A stretch of DNA of 32,000 bases, taken from contig LT962688.1 in the NCBI GenBank assembly GCA_900234795.1, forward strand, positions 2,580,001 through 2,612,000. Reading direction: 5' to 3'. The stretch comes from Methylorubrum extorquens (lineage in GTDB: Bacteria; Pseudomonadota; Alphaproteobacteria; Rhizobiales; Beijerinckiaceae). Both the position numbers and the translations under genes were made by a program. This document shows, in pieces, positions 27,012-32,000 of this stretch (positions are counted from its first letter, which is position 1; each line of letters begins with the position of its first letter). The notes beneath the pieces are model-generated. The model was not told where the DNA came from. It made no database searches and saw only the letters and a list, made by a program, of their open reading frames with translations.

Positions 27012-27823
27012 GCCTGTGCGCCCACGCCGTCGATCTCACCATCGAGGGTCGCGCCCTCCTGTCCGGCGTCGACCTCGCGCTCGAACCCGGCCGCCTCGTC
27101 GGCCTGGTCGGGCCGAACGGGGCCGGCAAGACGACGCTGCTGCGTGTTCTGGCCGGCCTCCTTCCCCCGGCGAAGGGTGGCGTGACCCTCGACGGCGTGC
27201 CGCTCGACCGCCTCTCCCGCGAGGCCCGCGCCCGCCGGATCGCCGCCCTGTTCCAGGGCGCGGGTCTCGGCTGGCCGATGCGGGTCCGCGAGATCGTGGC
27301 GCTCGGCCGCCTGCCCCACCGCCGCGCCTTTGCCGGCCTCTCGGATGCCGATGCGGCCGCCATCGCCCGTGCCATGGCGGCGACCGGTATCGCCGACCTC
27401 GCTGAGCGCTTCGAGCCGACGCTGTCCTCCGGCGAGCGGATGCGGGTGCTGCTCGCCCGCGCGCTCGCGGTGGAGGCCGCGTGGTTGCTCGCCGACGAGC
27501 CGATCACCGCCCTCGACCCGGCCCACCAGCTCGACGCCATGGCCCTGCTCCGCGACATCGCGCGGGGCGGGACGGGCGTGGTGGCGGTGCTGCACGATCT
27601 CACGCTGGCCGCTCGCTGCTGCGATCGGATCGTGGTGATGGAGGCTGGGCGCGTCGTCGCCGACGGGCAGCCCGAGGACGCGCTCACCGATGCGCGGCTG
27701 GCCGCAACCTTCGGCGTCACGGTCCGGCGCGGACAGGCACCCGACGGCACGCCCTACATCCTGCCCTGGGCCCGCGCGACAGCCAAGGAGACGACCGATG
27801 CCGCCGACTCCCGCCCTCTCTGA
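27008..27823 (+). CDS. ABC transporter ATP-binding protein (BtuD/FepC-like)
   Basis: The ATG at 27008 overlaps the permease stop (ATGA), giving 271 aa. Contains Walker A (GPNGAGKTTLL), the signature LSSGERMRV and Walker B (LLADEP). Confidence 0.9.
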   Translation: MSLCAHAVDLTIEGRALLSGVDLALEPGRLVGLVGPNGAGKTTLLRVLAGLLPPAKGGVTLDGVPLDRLSREARARRIAALFQGAGLGWPMRVREIVALGRLPHRRAFAGLSDADAAAIARAMAATGIADLAERFEPTLSSGERMRVLLARALAVEAAWLLADEPITALDPAHQLDAMALLRDIARGGTGVVAVLHDLTLAARCCDRIVVMEAGRVVADGQPEDALTDARLAATFGVTVRRGQAPDGTPYILPWARATAKETTDAADSRPL

Positions 27824-28754
27824 GGTCGAAGGCCTGCTGCGCGCCGCGCTCCACGATGCCGACACCGCCTGGAGCCTTGGCAGCTTCGGCGCCATCGCCG
27901 AGTTCATGCGCGACGAGGACGAGCCGGTGCGGCCCCTGCCGGACGCGCGAATGGGCCTCGCCACCGATCGCGGCGCCATCGCGCTGACGCTCAGCCCCGG
28001 CCTCAGGCCGGTCGCCTACGAGACCGGATTCTCCGGCGGCTACAACCACGCCGTGGCCCTTTGCCTGCCCGACTCCGCATGCGCCATGAGCGCGCGAACG
28101 GTCGTCACCGAACTCGGTCCCGACCGGGAGGCGGCGCGGGAGCAGGACCGCGCGGCGATCCTGTTCGATCTCGGGCTCGGGCTGCGGGCCGTCGATGCCT
28201 GTGTACGCGCGAGCGATCCTGACACCATCACCTGCCTGCGCTCGGGGGTCGGGAAGCCGGTTTTTGCTAGGGACAACCCGATCGGCCCGCACCTCGCAGC
28301 AATGAGCCCGCACCGGATCTTCTGCGCCCGCATCGGGCGGATCGAGGTCTATGCGCCGATCCTCGGTCCCGATGGCACCAGCCCCGAAGGACCGCACACG
28401 CACGTTCTGCCGAAGCTCCTGCGGGCCGAGCGCACCCACGCGGCGACGACGCCGATCCCCGGCGGCTTCGTGCCCTGCGGTGGGCTTCACCCACCCCACC
28501 CCTACAAGGACGGGATGGGCCGCCGCATCGCCTTCGACCCCGCCCGCCACGCCGCCTTCCAGGCGCTGCTCGAACGCTGGGGCGACCCCAGCCTCCTGGC
28601 GATCAAGCGCGGGCTGGCTCCGTTGGAACCGGTCTCGCCCAGACACGCGCAATCGGTCCGCCGCGTCGCCGATCTCCAGGCGCGCTTGCTGCGCAGTGAG
28701 GATGTCGAGGCGCGGGCGGGCGACGAGGACGAGGGGGCCGATGCGCAGGTCTGA
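27798..28754 (+). CDS. Uncharacterised cytoplasmic protein (318 aa), last gene of the riboswitch-led operon
   Basis: The ATG at 27798 has a strong SD (AAGGAG, 7-nt spacer) and overlaps the ATPase 3' end by 26 nt. GC3 is high throughout. I saw no signal peptide or TM segment. It contains GPHTHVLPK. I do not recognise the family. Confidence 0.7.
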   Translation: MPPTPALSEVEGLLRAALHDADTAWSLGSFGAIAEFMRDEDEPVRPLPDARMGLATDRGAIALTLSPGLRPVAYETGFSGGYNHAVALCLPDSACAMSARTVVTELGPDREAAREQDRAAILFDLGLGLRAVDACVRASDPDTITCLRSGVGKPVFARDNPIGPHLAAMSPHRIFCARIGRIEVYAPILGPDGTSPEGPHTHVLPKLLRAERTHAATTPIPGGFVPCGGLHPPHPYKDGMGRRIAFDPARHAAFQALLERWGDPSLLAIKRGLAPLEPVSPRHAQSVRRVADLQARLLRSEDVEARAGDEDEGADAQV

Positions 28755-28784
28755 CACCGGTTTCGGTTCAGGCACCCGGAGGCG

Positions 28785-28805
28785 GGCGCGGGAAACGCCC
28801 GCGCC
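28785..28805. terminator. 8-bp GC hairpin between convergent genes (ggcgcggg-aaacg-cccgcgcc)
   Basis: It lies between the stop at 28754 (plus strand) and the stop at 28835 (minus strand). There is no U tract on either side. Confidence 0.35.
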
Positions 28806-28834
28806 AGCGCAGTCCCACGCCGGTCGGCGGAAAG

Positions 28835-31165
28835 TCAGAACGACAGCTTCATCCCCGCTACGAACGTGCGCGGGGGCCCGGCAAAGATCGAGCCCGTGGT
28901 GCCGGCGAGCGCGGCGCGGCCGTTCTGGGCGCCGGTCGCCGCGTTGAGCGTGTTTGCCAGCGGGTTAGCCGAGCCGACATAGGTCGTGTCGAGGACGTTG
29001 CGGACCTCGCCGTACAGGTCGATCCGCCGGGCGTAGCCGTTCGGCAGCAGGGCCGCGTAGTGGATGTTGAGGTTCAGGATCGCGAAGCCCGGCACCTTCA
29101 GGAAGTTGGCGTTGTCGATGAAGTAGCCGTCCTGCGCCACCACCTCGGCGAAGCCGCCGAGCCCGGCCAAGGCGCCGGCCGGCACGTCGTAGCCGATCCG
29201 TGCCAGGAGCTGATGGGCCGGTACGCCGGGAATGCGGTTGCCGGCCCGGTCGAAGCGGGCAGTGAGCGCGGCGGCGCTGAGCTGCTCGACGTAGTCGGTG
29301 TAGACCTGATCGTCGAACGTGTAGGCCAGCACCCCGCGCCAGCCCGGAGCGAAGGTCCAATCGGCCCCCACCTCGATACCGCGATGCTCGGAGGCCGGCG
29401 CGTTGAAGGTGTAGTTCAGCAGGCCTGCCCCCGGCGACTGCGTGACGAACTCGTTGTGGAAGAACTCGTAGAAGCCGGTGAGGCTGAGCCGTAGTCCCGG
29501 CAAGGGCATGAAATCGGTGCCGAGATCGAAGCCGAGATTCTCCTGCGTCTTCAGGTCGGTGTTGTTGCCGGGCAGGCCGGTCGCGTTCACGAACATGCTG
29601 GAAAAGGACGGCGTCGCGTAGCCGGTGGCCACCCGGCCGCGCAGGGCCCAGTCCGGATCTGGCCGGTAGACCAGAGCGAGCTCCGGCGCGACGTTGAGGA
29701 AGCGGCGGTCGGCCTGCGCCAGGGTCGATACGGTGCCGGCGGCCGTCGTCGCGAAGGTGCGGTTGCGCCCATTGATGCTCGATTCCTCCGCGCCGAGGCC
29801 GGCCACGGCCGTCCATTGCGGCGCGAGTTCGAGTTCGAGCCGGGCCCGGCCGCCGAGATTCGATTGCAGCGCCTCCTGCAACCCGATCAGCGTGCCGAGG
29901 CGTGCGCCGCCATAGGGCGCGCGGTTGTAGACGGATGCCGCGATATCGACCGCGCTGTAGGCGAGCGTCACGCTGCCGACGGCCGGCAGGCCGAACAGCT
30001 CGCCGCGGCGGGTCAGGTCGGTCTGCACGAAATAGGAGGGCAGGCTGCCGCGTCCCGAGGTCGTGTAGAACGGCTGGTTGTAGTTGCGCTCATCGAAGCC
30101 GACCTGCACCCGCCACGCGGTCTGGGCGTCGATGTCGTGCTCCCAGCGGCCTGCGATGATCGTGCGCCGGTCGTTGCGGCGGAACGCCCCTTCGCTCGCC
30201 GTCACCGGCACCCGCGGGCCGAAGGCGCCGTTCGCCAGGAGGCCGAAGGTGGTGCAGCCGGGGGCTGCCGTCGCCGCCGCGTCGCAGCCGCGCTGGTATG
30301 GGTTGATGCGGAACTGGTCGAGCGAGGACCGGGCGGGGATATTGGCCGTGACCTCGTTGTTGATGACCTTGAGGGTGAAGCGGTTGTCGGGGCTCGGCGT
30401 GTAGCTCGCGAGCAGGTTGATCGTCTGGGTGTCGTAGGAGGAATGGTCCTGATAGCCGTTGGCGCGCACGTCGCTGGCAAACAGGCTGATCTCGAACGGG
30501 CCGCTCACGCCGCCGACGCTGAAGTAGTTGCTGAGATAGCCGAAGCTCCCGGCATCGACGCCGATCTCGTAGCCGTCGATCTCGCGGCCGGTGCGGGTGC
30601 GAAAGGCCAGAGCGCCGCCGGTCGCGAAATTGCCGAACAGGGCCGATTGCGGCCCGCGGAACACGTCGATGCGCGAATAGGCGCGGGGATCGACCAGATC
30701 GAAGCGCGAGGCGCCGTCGGGCTGGGTGACGGGGAAGCCGTCCTCCAGCACCACCATGTTGCGGGTGACGCCGGTGGCGCGGGCGTTGTTGCCGCGGATC
30801 GAGATCACCACGTCGCGCCCGCCATTGCCCTGGCGCAGGGTCACGCCGGGGCTGTCGAGCAGCACCGTGCCGATGGAGGTGGCGGGGCGGTTTGCGATCG
30901 TCCCCTCGCGCCCGATTGCGGTGACGACCTGCCCGGTCGGGCGCTCGATGCCGAGGGCGGCCGCACCCGGCGGGCCGGAGACCCCGAAGCCCGGCGCACC
31001 GGACCCGACCGCCGCTTGGCTTTGCGGCTTGCCCTCGCCGGTGACGGCAAGTTCCTCCAGGGTGACGGAGTCACCAACGGTCTGGGCCGCGGCCAAACCC
31101 GACAGGGCCAGCGGCGAAGCGGCGAGGAGCCAGGCGGCACGGCGCGCGGCGGGGTGGGAACGCAT
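28835..31165 (-). CDS. TonB-dependent outer membrane receptor
   Basis: 776 aa with a signal peptide and a TonB-box-like VTLEELAVTG. Plug motifs are present (RGNNARATGVTRNMVVLEDGFP, FRGPQSALFG). The C-terminus is a beta-barrel ending in ...FVAGMKLSF. Confidence 0.92.
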   Translation of the reverse strand: MRSHPAARRAAWLLAASPLALSGLAAAQTVGDSVTLEELAVTGEGKPQSQAAVGSGAPGFGVSGPPGAAALGIERPTGQVVTAIGREGTIANRPATSIGTVLLDSPGVTLRQGNGGRDVVISIRGNNARATGVTRNMVVLEDGFPVTQPDGASRFDLVDPRAYSRIDVFRGPQSALFGNFATGGALAFRTRTGREIDGYEIGVDAGSFGYLSNYFSVGGVSGPFEISLFASDVRANGYQDHSSYDTQTINLLASYTPSPDNRFTLKVINNEVTANIPARSSLDQFRINPYQRGCDAAATAAPGCTTFGLLANGAFGPRVPVTASEGAFRRNDRRTIIAGRWEHDIDAQTAWRVQVGFDERNYNQPFYTTSGRGSLPSYFVQTDLTRRGELFGLPAVGSVTLAYSAVDIAASVYNRAPYGGARLGTLIGLQEALQSNLGGRARLELELAPQWTAVAGLGAEESSINGRNRTFATTAAGTVSTLAQADRRFLNVAPELALVYRPDPDWALRGRVATGYATPSFSSMFVNATGLPGNNTDLKTQENLGFDLGTDFMPLPGLRLSLTGFYEFFHNEFVTQSPGAGLLNYTFNAPASEHRGIEVGADWTFAPGWRGVLAYTFDDQVYTDYVEQLSAAALTARFDRAGNRIPGVPAHQLLARIGYDVPAGALAGLGGFAEVVAQDGYFIDNANFLKVPGFAILNLNIHYAALLPNGYARRIDLYGEVRNVLDTTYVGSANPLANTLNAATGAQNGRAALAGTTGSIFAGPPRTFVAGMKLSF

Positions 31166-31225
31166 GGGACGGCTCGTGGCGATGGGAGATCGGGACGGGC
31201 CGCAGGGGCCCGCGAATGGCAGGCG

Positions 31226-32000
31226 TCAGGTGCGCGCGGCGAGGCGCAGGCCTTGGGCAGCAAGGTCGAGGCCGAGCAGGGCCAGGATCGCGAGGCCGGT
31301 CAACGGGAACAGGGCGCCGAGGCCGAGCATCAGGCCGGTGACGGTGGCGACGACGCGCCGGTCCCGCGGCCAGGGCGGCGTGCCGAGGCGTCCGGCCGGG
31401 CGCCGCTTCCACCACATCACCGCAGCGGTGACCGAGAGCAGGATCGTGCCGAGGCAGAAGGCGAGCATGGCAAGCTGGTTCGCCCGCCCCCAGAACTCAC
31501 CCTTGTGGAGGCCGATGCCGTACTGGATCGCCCGCGCCACGGGACCGAGATCGGCGAAGCGCACGTCGATGATCGGCTGGCCGCTGTAGCGGTCCAGGGA
31601 GACCATGCGCTGACCCGTGACGTCGCGCGGATAGGCGGAGGCGGCGTAGACGCCGGTCTCGCCCAGCGGCAGCGCCAGTTCGAAGCCCCCGGGCAGAGCC
31701 ATGTCGCGAAGGGTCGCGACTGCGCGGTCGATGCCGAGGGACGGCGCTCCGGAGGGGGCCGATCGCGGCATCAAGGCGTCTTCGAGTGCCCAGCCGGCGC
31801 TCTCCAAGCGCGCGCCCATCGGCACGGTGGAAACGGCCTTGCCGGCCCAGAGCTGAGTCGGTTGGCCGAGCCCGGCCCGGTTCGACCACGCCCGCAATTC
31901 CTGCCCCCACCAGACCGACCAGGGCAGACCGGTGAGCGCGAGAAACAGCAGGCCCGCCCCAGCGAACAGGCCGGTGGCGGCATGAAGATCGCGCCACCAG
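31226..32000 (-). CDS. PepSY-associated TM helix protein (PiuB-like); N-terminus lies beyond the window
   Basis: The frame stays open to the window edge: ...WWRDLHAATGLFAGAGLLFLALTGLPWSVWWGQELRAWSN.... The C-terminal part carries IQYGIGLHKGEFWG and two further TM helices. It lies 60 nt upstream of the receptor gene on the same strand. Confidence 0.8.
   Translation of the reverse strand, partial: WWRDLHAATGLFAGAGLLFLALTGLPWSVWWGQELRAWSNRAGLGQPTQLWAGKAVSTVPMGARLESAGWALEDALMPRSAPSGAPSLGIDRAVATLRDMALPGGFELALPLGETGVYAASAYPRDVTGQRMVSLDRYSGQPIIDVRFADLGPVARAIQYGIGLHKGEFWGRANQLAMLAFCLGTILLSVTAAVMWWKRRPAGRLGTPPWPRDRRVVATVTGLMLGLGALFPLTGLAILALLGLDLAAQGLRLAART

Noticed and set aside
25236-27823. 591-aa and 713-aa plus-strand track ORFs suggesting very large permease and ATPase proteins
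   Set aside because: The N-terminal extensions are other genes read out of frame. Stop/start overlaps (GTGA at 25971, ATGA at 27008) and family-typical N-termini give normal sizes of 346 and 271 aa.

Overview
High-GC chromosomal segment (G+C judged by eye, not computed). Gene content and protein sequences look alphaproteobacterial, possibly Hyphomicrobiales or Methylobacterium-like; the taxon is inference. All family calls come from reading the translations and from remembered family motifs; no searches were run.

Layout:
- (1) 1-12936, minus strand: the distal half of the dcw division/cell-wall cluster (ftsW-murG-murC-murB-ddl-ftsQ-ftsA-ftsZ), then lpxC and a partial bamD. A plus-strand RelE/ParE-type toxin-antitoxin pair sits between murC and murB.
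- (2) 13200-14690: guaB, divergent from ftsW, so the mraZ-to-murD half of dcw is not adjacent.
- (3) 14.7-18.7 kb: a candidate 39-aa membrane ORF, two tandem paralogous secreted four-cysteine proteins of unknown function, a PanE/ApbA-family reductase and a small lipoprotein. Two copies of a roughly 75-bp palindromic extragenic repeat also lie here.
- (4) 18.8-22.5 kb: an RsmB/NOP-like RNA methyltransferase with one frameshift, a Tat-signal alpha/beta hydrolase, a PAP2 phosphatase and a small secreted arginine-rich protein with a clean terminator.
- (5) 22623-24191: guaA, interrupted by two frameshifts at homopolymers (A8 and C6).
- (6) 24213-24808: a HigB/HigA-like toxin-first TA pair.
- (7) 24.9-28.8 kb: a candidate cobalamin riboswitch, then a BtuF/C/D-like ABC importer, then a translationally coupled uncharacterised 318-aa protein.
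- (8) 28835-32000, minus strand: a TonB-dependent receptor preceded by a partial PepSY-TM gene.

No rRNA, tRNA, CRISPR array or transposase was seen.

Most interesting leads:
- the TA module embedded antisense in the dcw operon;
- a bipartite motif of 17 identical bases, in the same order, upstream of both guaB and guaA;
- the palindromic repeat family, whose stems differ by compensatory changes;
- the tandem four-cysteine paralogs;
- the unknown protein in the riboswitch-controlled operon;
- the guaA frameshifts, most likely homopolymer sequencing errors, though each sits on a sequence where slippage would restore the frame.
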